NCBI GenBank assembly: GCA_028534125.1
Contig: CM052845.1
Coordinates: 22,072,001-22,136,000, forward strand
Direction: 5' to 3'
From: Lama glama
Lineage: Eukaryota
Length of the DNA: 64,000 nucleotides
The stretch's first letter is position 1. The number at the start of each line of letters is the position of its first letter. Positions 53,701 through 64,000 of the stretch are shown piece by piece. Both the position numbers and the translations under genes were made by a program. The notes under the pieces are model-generated. The model was not told the DNA's origin, ran no database searches, and saw nothing but the letters and a program-made list of their open reading frames with translations.

Positions 53701-53876
53701 TTTTTTTGTTGCTGTTGAGAGGAGTTTCTGTTATTAGCAGGTTCGTTTGTTTGGTCAGGCCACATCCCAAAGATAGTTCAGGTCATCTGTTAATAACAGT
53801 TCATAAAAACACGTATATTAAACAATTCATCTGCATTATTCCTGATTTTAGAATTCTGGCTGCATCCTTTGTGATA
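53701..53876 (+). repeat. Inverted repeat, left arm (176 bp)
   Basis: Ungapped match to the reverse complement of 56107-56282, 18 mismatches by manual alignment. Confidence 0.95.
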
Positions 53877-55184
53877 ATGTGTCTGTAACCGTAAACGCCA
53901 GACCCGTATTACAGGAAAAACATTCCATGAGTTCAGCTGATGGTGGGAATGCCTTTAAGGATTTTATTTTCCAAAACGCGAGGGGCTGTTGTTTCAGAAA
54001 CTAGTATCCTCATGCCTTTTCCACTGAAACAAAAATCTGAGCACTTGCAGGGAGGTCAAGCATCCATTTGGACCCAATTTTCAAAGGGGATGTGACTCAA
54101 AAGGGGCTGAGAAGAGGCACGTGAAATATCTGGCTGTGTGCTTGACAGCCAGTGCTGTTGCAGCTGAATGACCACTGTACCAGGACAAGGAGACACATAT
54201 TGAAATGCTGAGATTTCCTGCTCAGCAGATTCCTGCAAGAACTGCCTCATTGTTGGGACCAATTGACAATGACCCAACAAGACATAGTAAACAAAAAAGC
54301 TACAAAGCCAACATTGTATTTTCCACCTGGCTGGTCTCACGGTCTCTCTGCCGTAATTTTTGCTTGAATTTGACAGCTCATCACTGGTGAGCATGTGCTG
54401 TGTGTGCATCTCAATCTTGCAACCACGAAGCTTAGAGCCAAATTGACAGTGATTGCATTTAAGGATCTGTCAGCTCTAGGATGCACAAGGATTCACATGG
54501 TTTTCACAGAAATACTGAAGCCAAAGTACTTAGGAGTGTAACTGCTGTTGTTAACTCAGATTTCCTGAAAGCCTGTTGCGCGGCCAGAGTCCCAAGTTTG
54601 CCCAGTGCTGTGAAAAAAAAGTGCAAGTGAAAAATGGGGAGATTTTGCCTTATCGTCTGTCTGTTACCTAGTAGTTGAAATAAAATATAGGTACAACCAT
54701 AACGCAAAACATAATGGGATGATTACAATCAGAGTGGGGAAAATTGCGTGCGAAACTGATTTGGATGAGGGAGTGATCTGTTCTACCTGGAAATAACCAG
54801 AAATGACTTACTCATGAGGTGGCACCTGAACTGGGTATTGCAACCGCCCATCTGTGTGTCGACTGCAGATAAAGTTAAGCGCACGATATTAGGAAAAGTG
54901 TAAGTGGGGATGGGAGAGTGTAGGCAACGGCTTAAAACCATTGAGGGATGTTAACCTAGACAGAAGTGCAAGCAAAGAAACAACAGAAATGCTGATGTCG
55001 TGAAAATTGTGTTCGGCTAGATTGAGAGATTTGAAAGTTATTCTAAAGAATATGTGTATTCTTAAATTGGGAGACGACCTGAACAGAGGAAAGATATGGA
55101 GATAGATAAGGAGAGACAGTTATCTGAGGACTATTTTCTTTAATATTCATTTCAGCCATTCACATCGATACTCTCATTACACCC

Positions 55185-55330
55185 ATTGACACCATTATTA
55201 TACCATTGTCTGAATGAGGTAGTTGAGGCCCAAGGACGCTAAAGAACCTGCCACAGCACCCAGCTAATAACTGACCTAGCCGTATTCAAATGTGTTCATC
55301 TGCCTTGGAGCCCGGGCCCTTTGACAGTGA
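55185..55330 (-). mobile_element. MIR fragment
   Basis: attattataccattgtctgaatgaggtagttgaggcccaaggacgctaaagaacctgcc...cagctaataa...attcaaa. Confidence 0.65.
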
Positions 55331-55610
55331 TTGGGGTCCTGCCTCCCAGCAGGTAATAGCATGAGATCAGTCGTACGGCAGTGGTAACACTTAGATGCTG
55401 CCACAGTTTCTAATGGGAACCTAAGGCTCTGGTTCAGCTATAGATCCAAACCAGACATTTCCTCTTGGCCATTAGCGCCCATGATTTTTCAAAATCAGAT
55501 TTTAATTTTTGGACATTTTAGATGTACATAATTGTTAAGACACTATAGAGAGGTCAGGCCTCCTCTGCTGTGCTGTAAGGCCACAATTAGTATTATGTGC
55601 TGCGTTGACA

Positions 55611-56040
55611 TGTGAAGCCAGAAGAGCCTTGAATGGCCTCACCACAAACTTCCCTCCTCACTCTGTTTCTGCAAATAAAGTCCCCAAAGCCAGTCTTCCG
55701 TATTAAATGGACCAAATGCAGTTCCTTCTTATCTCCGAGTGGTGGGTTTTAGCTCCCTGGTAGCTGTGGAAAGACTCAAACAAGAGGATGACACCTTCCT
55801 GTGGGAGCTAGTGGCACCTCACCCTCTGGATACTACAAAGCCTGCCTCCTGCTGCTCCTGATTGTCCTCTGTGTCCTGAGTACAACCCCCCGTGGTGGTG
55901 TCCCACTGTCCCCAAATGTACCTCCATTACTGCGTTTACTCCTCCCAGGACCCCTTTGTGTTCAATGCAGAGTCTGTCGTATATTCATTAAGGATGCCGT
56001 AAAACTGACGTCCGGGAAGGGACGCCACACGCCCTTAGTT
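55611..56040 (+). mobile_element. Probable ERVL-class LTR (MER77-like)
   Basis: Begins tgtgaagcc; LTR-like internal motifs (ttccctcctcactctgtttctgcaaataaagtcccc, ttcttatctccgagtggtgggtttt); family assignment uncertain. Confidence 0.45.
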
Positions 56041-56106
56041 ACGACGGAGAGCAGAAGGCGCCACCCCAAAGTACGCCTCTTTGGCATGGGGAGTTTTTTG
56101 AGTGGA
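56041..56106 (+). mobile_element. Truncated 5' end of a MER34-like ERV1 LTR
   Basis: gagcagaaggcgccaccccaaagtacgcctctttggcatgggagttttttgag resembles the MER34 start (..cagaatatgccaccccaaaatatgcc.ctttggcataaggattattttgag). Confidence 0.6.
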
Positions 56107-56282
56107 TATCACAAAGGATGCAGCTAGAATTCTCAAATCATGAATAATGCAGATGAATTGTTTAATACACATATTTTCACGAACTGTCATTAACAGATGA
56201 CCTGAACTGTCTTTGGGATGTGACCTGACCAGACAAACGAACCTGCTAATAACAAAAACCCCGCTCAACAGCAGCAGAGAAA
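56107..56282 (-). repeat. Inverted repeat, right arm (176 bp)
   Basis: Reverse complement of 53701-53876 at ~90% identity; the ORF track shows near-identical peptides (..ISRFVCLVR.HPKDSSGHLL..) on opposite strands. Confidence 0.95.
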
Positions 56283-56289
56283 CGTTTTT

Positions 56290-57250
56290 TGACTTTAGCC
56301 CGGGGGGCAGGGACGTGGAAGGGGGAGGATGGAAACCTCCCGCAGGAATGCAGGAACGACGCAGGGGCCCCGGCCCGAGCGCTGCTCTCACGCCACCGCC
56401 TTCCAGGTCCGCCGTCTCTGAAGGAAACTGGGGCACGAATCCCGCGTGTGGCAGAGGGGCAGAGAGACGGACAGAGGTACTGCGGGCGTCGGAAGGGGAC
56501 TTTCTCAGAACAGACACGCGCTGAGCTCGGGGAGAAGCGCACTCAGGCGCCCAGGTTTAGCGTCCGTGTGTGCACACGGTGTGTGTGTGTGCGCATGTGC
56601 GGCCGGAGCCCGGGTGCCCTGGGCACGCCTGCTCTGGGGGGCAGGCCTGGGCACAGACGCCCCCCCCCCAGTCTTGCGGCGCTCGGTTCTTCGATGTCTG
56701 TAGTGGGGACCAGTGTCCCTCATCTCCAGCGTCCTGTCCCATTTGCCGCAGAACTGTACGTGCTGGTGCAGCCCCAGGACGTTCGGTCTCCTGCCTCACG
56801 CCCGTCCCGGGGTTACCGGTGGGGCCTGCGCTGGCGCCGGGATCCGGGGCCTCCTCTGCTGCGAGTCACTGTGTGTGTGTCTGGGGAAGCGTCTCTCCTC
56901 GCGGCAGACTCGGGGGTGGCGGTTACCGCCCCACCTCTCAGGGGTCCCTGGAGGTGAAGGTTAGTCAGGGCAGCGCCGAAGCTTCCAGAGCCACACGGCT
57001 CTGCGGCTCAGGACGTCCGGGTTCACCCTTGCGGCAGCGGTCACCCCTCGGCGGGCCGTGCTTCCGCGGCCGCCGCCTACCGCCGGGGCGCAAGTAAAAC
57101 AAGAGCAGAGATCATTTGCTTTTACCTTTTTGAAAGCGAAAGTCTCTCATCTTCCGCGTAGGGAACTTGGCACACCCGGCATAGACCCAAAAGCTGACTC
57201 TCACCCCGGGGGGAGCAGATTCACCGCGTGATCTCAGGCCGTCACGTTTG
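56290..57250. promoter_or_regulatory. CpG island 2, probable promoter
   Basis: About 950 bp of high GC/CpG; NRF1-like GCGCATGTGC near 56591; MYB-type GGCGGTTA at 56918-56925; + strand donor AAG|GTTAGT at 56960. Confidence 0.8.
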
Positions 57251-58004
57251 CTGGCTCTTGGTTTCCTTAGCGTTAAAATTAAGATGTTGGAATAAACCAT
57301 CTCTCATGTCTTCCCAGCTCTCAAATTACGTGATGCTACCAGTTTTAACAAATGTGTTAGTTTTGCCAGCATAGATTATTACCTGCTGCTTCAGAAAAAG
57401 TTGAACCATTTTAAATTTGAGATTTTAGAAAATCTTGGTTTCAGAGGTATTTAAAAAAAAACAGGGAAAAAAATTCAACCATTAATTTTTTCTAAAGAAT
57501 ATCCTGTCTTTTACACTTTTCTGTTTTTATGCTTCTGGGTATAGAACTAATACAAATTAGAAGTAGAACAATTAGCACCGAAGTTGCAGTCCTGCCGGAA
57601 CGGGCGTGTGGAATTAGATGGCGCTCCCACATTTGTTACTCTAAGACGTGGTTCAGGATCCCCGCTGACTTGCTAATTATGAATGGGGAGGGGCTGTGAT
57701 TGGTGTCCTGTGACTCTCCTTGATGTTTCTGCCAGGAGCTAGATTACCTTGGCAAACCTCACAAAACCCTGGGCTCTTAGCTTACGCCTTCGCCTCATCT
57801 GCAAGGATTTATTCTTAAGATGTCCCAGTGAAACAGGTCAGCCGTGGGAGTCCCAGACCACAGAAGGATGAAACGCTCTTCTGACGCATTTCTCGGGAGG
57901 TCCAGGTTTCAAGTAGAAGTCACAACCAAAATTAGAATGGAAAATGACTGGTCTGCGTCCAACCCAGGAGCCGCCAACACCGGAGAGGACAAAGCGCGAC
58001 CCAG

Positions 58005-58175
58005 TCTCGACCTGGTACAAAGCTGATTTAACTTTCATGTCACATCCAAGTGCTAGCAGGAGAAACAAGGGCTTATAAAGAATGTCATCGCAACAGGTTT
58101 GTAAGAATGTTTTCTTTACCTTAAATCCATGTTGTCTTCTACAAATAACTTTCATTCTGGTGAAGAAAAGCACAT
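58005..58175 (-). mobile_element. CR1/L3 LINE reverse-transcriptase fossil
   Basis: Minus-strand VICRRQHGFKVKKTFLQT resembles the CR1 RT motif VI..SQHGF.K.KSCLTNL, followed by a degenerate DV..LDFSKAFDKV-like segment (tggatgtgac...gctttgtaccaggtc). Confidence 0.5.
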
Positions 58176-59269
58176 TCTCTCAGTACATAAAGTGTTTAAT
58201 AACAAGGTCATGAGTAATAATTGTAATACTGATCCTTATTTTGCTAATTCTGTGTCTATCCAGTCCTTTAATACATCCTGTTAGCAAAACAGTCGTTTTT
58301 TGTAAAGACTGAGTTTTCAGGTGTCTATATTATTCTTCCTTAAAAGCAACAGCAAAATGAATTCACCTATGTTCCTGAGTTTCCGTGTTATCTGGCAAAC
58401 TAGAGGATTTAGATGTCAGCTGATACTTCATGATCTTCAAATTTCTTTCATTTGGCTTATTCGGCATACGATAGTTGTGGGATATTTGCCATAAATGAGA
58501 CCATGAAGGAAAAGGGGCATTTAACTTGTCAATAATTCTGATTTCCACAGATTTTCAAAAGAATTGCGGATGTGAAGGAGCCTGAGTGAAATTCGACCTG
58601 AAATAAATTTGCTGCTTTCAGAGAAGGATAGAGAAAAAGGAAAAGGAAAGAGAGACTTAGACGATTTGCTGAACTATCTTCTCCTGTGTAATTAAAATAG
58701 ACGTCAAGTTACAGTTTAAATGCGTACGCGATAACTGTCTAGCTTAGTGTTCATAAAATGAAATGAGTTTAATTTGATAGAAAGGGCGAAGTTAATTTCA
58801 TTTATACGAACTGACCCAGTGCAGAGAGAGAGACGTCAAAGTGAGAGCACAGAATGCCAAACGTGTGTTGGACCTGATAAAGCCAATGTAGCGTCGTCCC
58901 CCGACTGACCACTCCGGTTGACCTGAGAGAGAATAAATAGTCCGATACCCTGCAGAAGACAGAAAACAAGGACCCAACTGTTCTGTCACCTCCGTAGTGA
59001 CCAAACTATCTTTAGCACAGTAACCCCACAGGATGTTTTAATGCGCGGGCGACGCCTTAAAGGAAAGAGAAAATGTTTGGAAAGCACTGGATCTGATATG
59101 AGGCGTCGCCGCTGCCTTGGACGCCTACCTCTGTTTTGTGTGCTAGAACCTCCGAGAACAAGGCCCTACATACTTGGAAGCACCTGGTACCTCTCTGTAC
59201 CATTCCTATAGTGACACTGCTTCAGAGCTGAAAGCGAAAAATTGGAAAGCTTTAAAGTGTGGAGAAATC

Positions 59270-59690
59270 ATGAATGTTTGAAAACATGATGAAAGAGGTC
59301 CATCAGACAATGGCATAGGATTGCGTGCTAAAAACAGATGAGGCAGCAAGCTGTGAAGAGACGTGGAACAATCTTAAACACATGTTGCTAAGTGAAAAAA
59401 AACAGAAGTCTGAAAGGGCTACCTAGTCTGTAATTCTAATTATGTGACATTCTGGGGAAGGCTGCACGCTGGAGACAGGGAAAAGATCAGTGGACAACAG
59501 GAGTTAGAGCTGGAGAAGTAGGGGCTGGATGAACGATCAGAACACAGAGAATTTGGGGGCTGGTGGACATACTCTGTAGGGTCCTACAGTAATGGATACA
59601 CGTCGTTATATGTTTGACCAAAACAAGGGGACGTACACCACCAACAGTGAACCCTGATGTATTGTAAGTATTTTTAAAAAATAATAATGC
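59270..59690 (+). mobile_element. L1MC-like 3' UTR fragment
   Basis: tcttaaacacatgttgctaagtgaaa...tctgaaagggctac...tgacattctgg...atggatacacgtcgttatatgtttgaccaaaac...gtgaaccct. Confidence 0.85.
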
Positions 59691-59699
59691 AGGCATATT

Positions 59700-62655
59700 T
59701 ATAAAGTCTTTGTGGAGAAACCAAGAACTAAGAGGAAATTTATGTCTCTAAAGGCAAATACCACAACATAAGAAAGGCTATTACTTCTATAAGTATTTAT
59801 CTAAGTAGTCATTTAAAATTTTTTCAAAAAGAATAGCAAATTGAACCCAAAGAAAGTAGAAGGAAGGAAATTAAAAAAAAAAAGAACAGACTAAAATCAG
59901 AAAATAACATGGAATATTAAAGTCAGTGAGGTAAGAAGTTAATTGAAAACCTTAATTAAAATGGATAAACTCTAGCAAGACTGATAAAGAGATAAAGCAG
60001 AAATTAATATGTACCATTAAAAGTGAAATGATAAAACCTGTACCCTAATTTTTGCAGACATTGAAAAATCTGGACAGGATATCATGCCAAATGACTTAAA
60101 ACTTGAAGGTAAAATGAACAAGTTCATAGAAAAAGAGTAAAACACAATTACAGATTCAAGAATAAATAGAAAAATCTAAGTAATACTATATTTATTCAGG
60201 ACACTAAAACTATAGCTAAAAATTGCCTTATAAAGAAATGTGCAGAATCAGATGACTTCACCAGTGAGCTTTTCCAGACATTTATGAAAGAAATAACAGC
60301 AGTCTTTCTCATGCCCTTTTATAGAAATTAAAGAAGAAACAAAAAAGCAGGGAAGTTTCCACACCTATTATGAAACTGCACAACTCCAAACACCACAATA
60401 TGATGAGGACATGACAGGAAAGGAAAACTGGAAAGTTACAAGCCCACTGCTCACACGAAAATAGATTTTTAAAAAAACTAGCAAATTGAACCTAGAAAGT
60501 TATAAAGAGAAAGTCAAATCAAAATCATGTGAGTTTATTTCTGGAAGCATTTCTCTGAGTTTTTTTTTTTTTGTAACATTTGATAATCACAATTTCCCTT
60601 ATTATGTAAATAAAAAAGCAAAATCATATAATCATTCCAGTGCACGCAGAAAATACATACAGTGAAATTCAAAGCTAGCATTATCAAGACATTAGCAAAC
60701 TCTGAGGAAAAGAGCTGCTTCAGTCTTGTACGGATGATTGAACAACACAGGAAAATACACATCATACTTAATGGTCAATTACGGAGAATGTTTCTTCTGT
60801 CATCTGGAATGAAACAAGGACGCCTCCTCTCACCACTTCTATTCAGAATTGTATGGGAGGTCACGGAGAGAGACGTAAAGCATGGAATGGGAGTGAAAGG
60901 CATGCAGATTTGAAAGTAAGGAATAAAATAAGATTTTTTAGGAAATCCAAAAGAATGTGCAATATGTAGGAATTAAGCACATAACTTTAGCACAAATGCC
61001 AATATAAAGCCAGCATAAGACTTAATTTCATTTCTATATGCAACAGCAACCAAATAGCAAATGGAATGTTAAACTTACACTGTTTTTGAGGTATTACAAA
61101 GCATCAAATAACCGTGCGTACATCTAACAAAGATGTGTATGCCTATAAACGGAAAACTGCAAGACATCATTGAGATGAAGTAAGAGGAAGCTAAATACAT
61201 GGAGGGAGGCAAAGTGGTTCTTGGATTCGAAGACAAAAGACTCAGGTCTCCACATGTTGGTCTCAACATTTGATGCAATTCAAATACAAATCTCAGAAGT
61301 GACTTTGTATGTTTCTTTCTTTCTATCTATCTATCTATCTATCTACCTACCTACCTACCTACCTACCTATTTGTCAACATTGACGTACTCATCCTAAAAC
61401 ATCCTAAAATTCTTACTGGAATTCAAGGGTTAAGAATAATCAAGATAACCTTGAACAAGAAGAACCAAGTTGAAAGTTTCATGGTATCAAATATCAAGAC
61501 GTATGATCTAGGCAGAGTCATTAAGACCATGTAGTATTGGCACAGGGTAGATAAATGGATGGGACAGAGTAGAAAGCCCCAAAATGTTCTGTCATTTGAT
61601 TGATGACAGTCATGCCTCTGCAATGCAGCACAGAAAGACTCTTTTTACAATAAATGATAATATTAAATATAATTGATACCAATTGGATATTCATTTTAAA
61701 GAATTGTCACAACTGAAATTACACATAAAAAGCTCTTCCAGTTACTTCAATAAATATTTCTTCAGGATTAAAAAAAGGACTAACCATAAAGGAAAATACC
61801 AATAAATTATACTAAACTGATGATTTTTATCATAGAAGGACTCCACTGAGTGAAGATTCTTTCCAGAGAGTGGGATGCGATATTAGTCATATGTATATCT
61901 GACAAATGACACAGAAACAGAATCTATAAAGAACTCCTACAAATATTATAAACGACAGAGCGCCTACTATAAGTATAGGCAGAAGAAGATTTCCATATGG
62001 ACAGTAGATGCATGAAAATGCTGACTTCTTTCAGTGTTAGACTGAGGCTAATTAAACCCCAAAGTGGCTTAAATGTCAATACTAAAAATACCGATTGTTC
62101 ACAAGGACGAGAAGCAGCTGCTGGTGAGAGAGAAGTTACCACAACCACTTTGGAAAACTTGTGTAATTTGTACTAAACCTGGAATAGTGCCCATTTGGGG
62201 GCCAACTCTCTACCTCTTGAAATTACCCAGAAGAAAATCATGTATCTGTTGGGGAAAAGATATTCGTACACGTGCCCATAACAAACTAATGCAGAGTAGC
62301 CCCCAAATTGGAAATAAATAAAAGGCTTGTATGAATAAATAAATGTTGAGGTATCTGTACAGTGAGAAGAAATTAATTTCTATTACAACAGAAGTGCATG
62401 CATAGATCTCGGGAACAATTCTGCTTTGGGGAAGCCACATATAAAAGTGGACAGTTATGATTCCATTTATATAGAATTTAAACCTGAAAGAACGTCCTAG
62501 TAGAGATGAGTCAGCATACTTATTACTCATGTGGAAGAGACGCTGGAGCCCACATTGCATGGCTTCATCTGGGTTATGGTGACACAAGGTTGTTCATTTT
62601 GCAAAATCCACTGAGTCAAAATATGTGATATTCAGTATAAAGTTTACTTTAAAAA
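59700..62655 (+). mobile_element. Old L1 (L1ME/L1MD-like) ORF2 to 3' UTR
   Basis: A-rich; degenerate ORF2 peptide SGMKQGRLLSPLLFRIVWEV (cf. L1 RT GTRQGCPLSPLLFNIVLEV); L1 3' UTR motifs to ~62650. Confidence 0.9.
61323..61370. repeat. (CTAT)n(CTAC)n tetranucleotide microsatellite
   Basis: Directly visible inside the L1. Confidence 0.95.
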
Positions 62656-62679
62656 AAGTTCACGGGGCTGAAGAGTTGG

Positions 62680-63370
62680 CCTTGAGGGGATCAAAATACA
62701 AGATGGGAGTTGCTTCAGGGAGCAGATGACCGAAGACTCTTGGGACGAGGGTTTTTGTGATGGCGGAGGTGAGAGTTCTTCAGCTCCAGCACGCTTGCCA
62801 ACGGGCTGAGAGACGCAGAGGATTCAAGGATGGCTCCGTGCTACTTGTCCTGGGCACGCTGGAGGAGGGAGCTGCCTCGCTCGTGTTGAGAGGGGGAAGG
62901 CTGTGGGAGGACCAGGATTTGAGTGGAAGGACAGACAGTTGCCTTTAAGATCTATAAAACTATTGAATCACTATGATGCGCACCTAAAACTGATATAATA
63001 TTTTAAGGCAACTGTACTTCCATATAGACGTATTATTTTTTCTTCAAAAAAGGATCTGTCATTTGGGATATCTACAGTAAATGTTCAAGTACAGATGCTG
63101 AAAATACGGTTGTATACGGAAACTTGGAGATCTGGAGACTGTCAGGTGATGCTGATCTGTCAAATAAGGTGTGGACAGGAGGCTGGCCAGACTTTAGAAC
63201 ACAGCTGTTAATGATAACCTTGACAAGGTTATCATTTTTTCTATTTCAAGTGGAAAGCCAGGCTGGTAGTTTTAACAGAGAAGGCGAAGAGAGAATTGAA
63301 GACGGGCAAGTCCAGACAGCTCTGCTAAGAAGCTCTGCGGCCAACGGGAATGGGCCCGCTTGGAGCTGTT
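62680..63370 (-). mobile_element. L2 fragments, with a short L1 3' end at ~62965-63020
   Basis: ggattcaaggatggctcc...gatctgtcatttgggatatct...gtggaaagccaggctgg...gggcaagtccagacagctct. Confidence 0.55.
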
Positions 63371-64000
63371 AGGTCAGGACGTAGCTTTTAATGGACTTTT
63401 TAAGTTCAGAGAAACCACCGTGTGTCACTGCTCCTGGGCCTTCTCCGCAGACAGTGTGACATGCGTGTGCACACACCCTTTCACACCCACGTCTGTATTT
63501 CTGTGTCGTCTGTCTGTGAGATGAGTGCGTTTGTGTACATAATGCACTTCCGATGGGAACGTACTCACTGAAGAGTCCGATTCAAGGTCACAAGTTTCCT
63601 TCCGACATCCCTCTCTTTTCTTATTTGTAAATTAATTCTCCAACAATAACCAGCCCAGTTCTCATTATCTGCAACGTGCTTATTGATTGGTTGAAGTTCA
63701 GAACACGTGTGAAGCATCAGAACTGTTAACCCATATCCCCGTGAGAAACACGTGATTCACTAAATCGCAGCATCCAGGTACGGCTGTTTTTATCTCTAGT
63801 GCTGCAGCATCCGGGCAGTGTACCATTTTCTACTCTGAGCCACCCAGGTCAGTGTAGTCTTTTATTCATGTGAGAGTCAGACTCATTTGTTAAATGTTTA
63901 TATTTTGGTTTTGGTTCACCTCACCGACTGGTTGGTTTTAATTCCTCATTTAATGTGAAAGATAGTTGGAAAGCTCCTGTGGTTGCAAGAATCAGAGCTG

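Noticed and set aside
53694-53888. Apparent paralogous peptide pair (with 56035-56517)
   Set aside because: Similarity comes from the DNA inverted repeat; most differences change amino acids, so there is no sign of coding constraint
53701-56282. DNA transposon with long terminal inverted repeats
   Set aside because: No TSD or recognisable TIR terminus, no transposase remnant, and the spacer is ordinary genomic DNA with MIR and LTR pieces; not fully excluded without a Dfam search
56035-57097. ORFs of 160-222 aa in CpG island 2
   Set aside because: Same GC artefact; open on both strands with low-complexity peptides
1-64000. CRISPR arrays, rRNA genes, operons
   Set aside because: The sequence is mammalian; no repeat-spacer array or rRNA similarity seen

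Overview
Mammalian nuclear DNA, most likely from a camelid (Camelus/Vicugna), judging by four copies of a tRNA-derived SINE resembling the camelid Vic-1 family. I cannot support any protein-coding gene: the ORF track is short chance ORFs plus degenerate LINE fragments. The window is intergenic, intronic or lncRNA-type sequence. It holds the usual eutherian repeats (L1, L2, CR1/L3, MIR, MER5-type hAT, MaLR/ERVL/ERV1 LTRs, microsatellites), two strong CpG islands with no recognisable coding exon (~9.1-9.7 kb and ~56.3-57.25 kb), a strong CTCF-type motif and several candidate spliced exons. Two signals stand out. (1) An ungapped 176-bp inverted repeat (53701-53876 / 56107-56282, 18 mismatches, ~90% identity) of sequence I do not recognise as a transposon. 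Its right arm sits exactly between a truncated ERV1-type LTR fragment and CpG island 2, so a transcript from that island could fold into a long dsRNA stem. (2) Patchy, strongly directional A/T-to-G/C drift in several repeat copies, consistent with GC-biased gene conversion. Repeat family names come from remembered consensus sequences and their boundaries are approximate.
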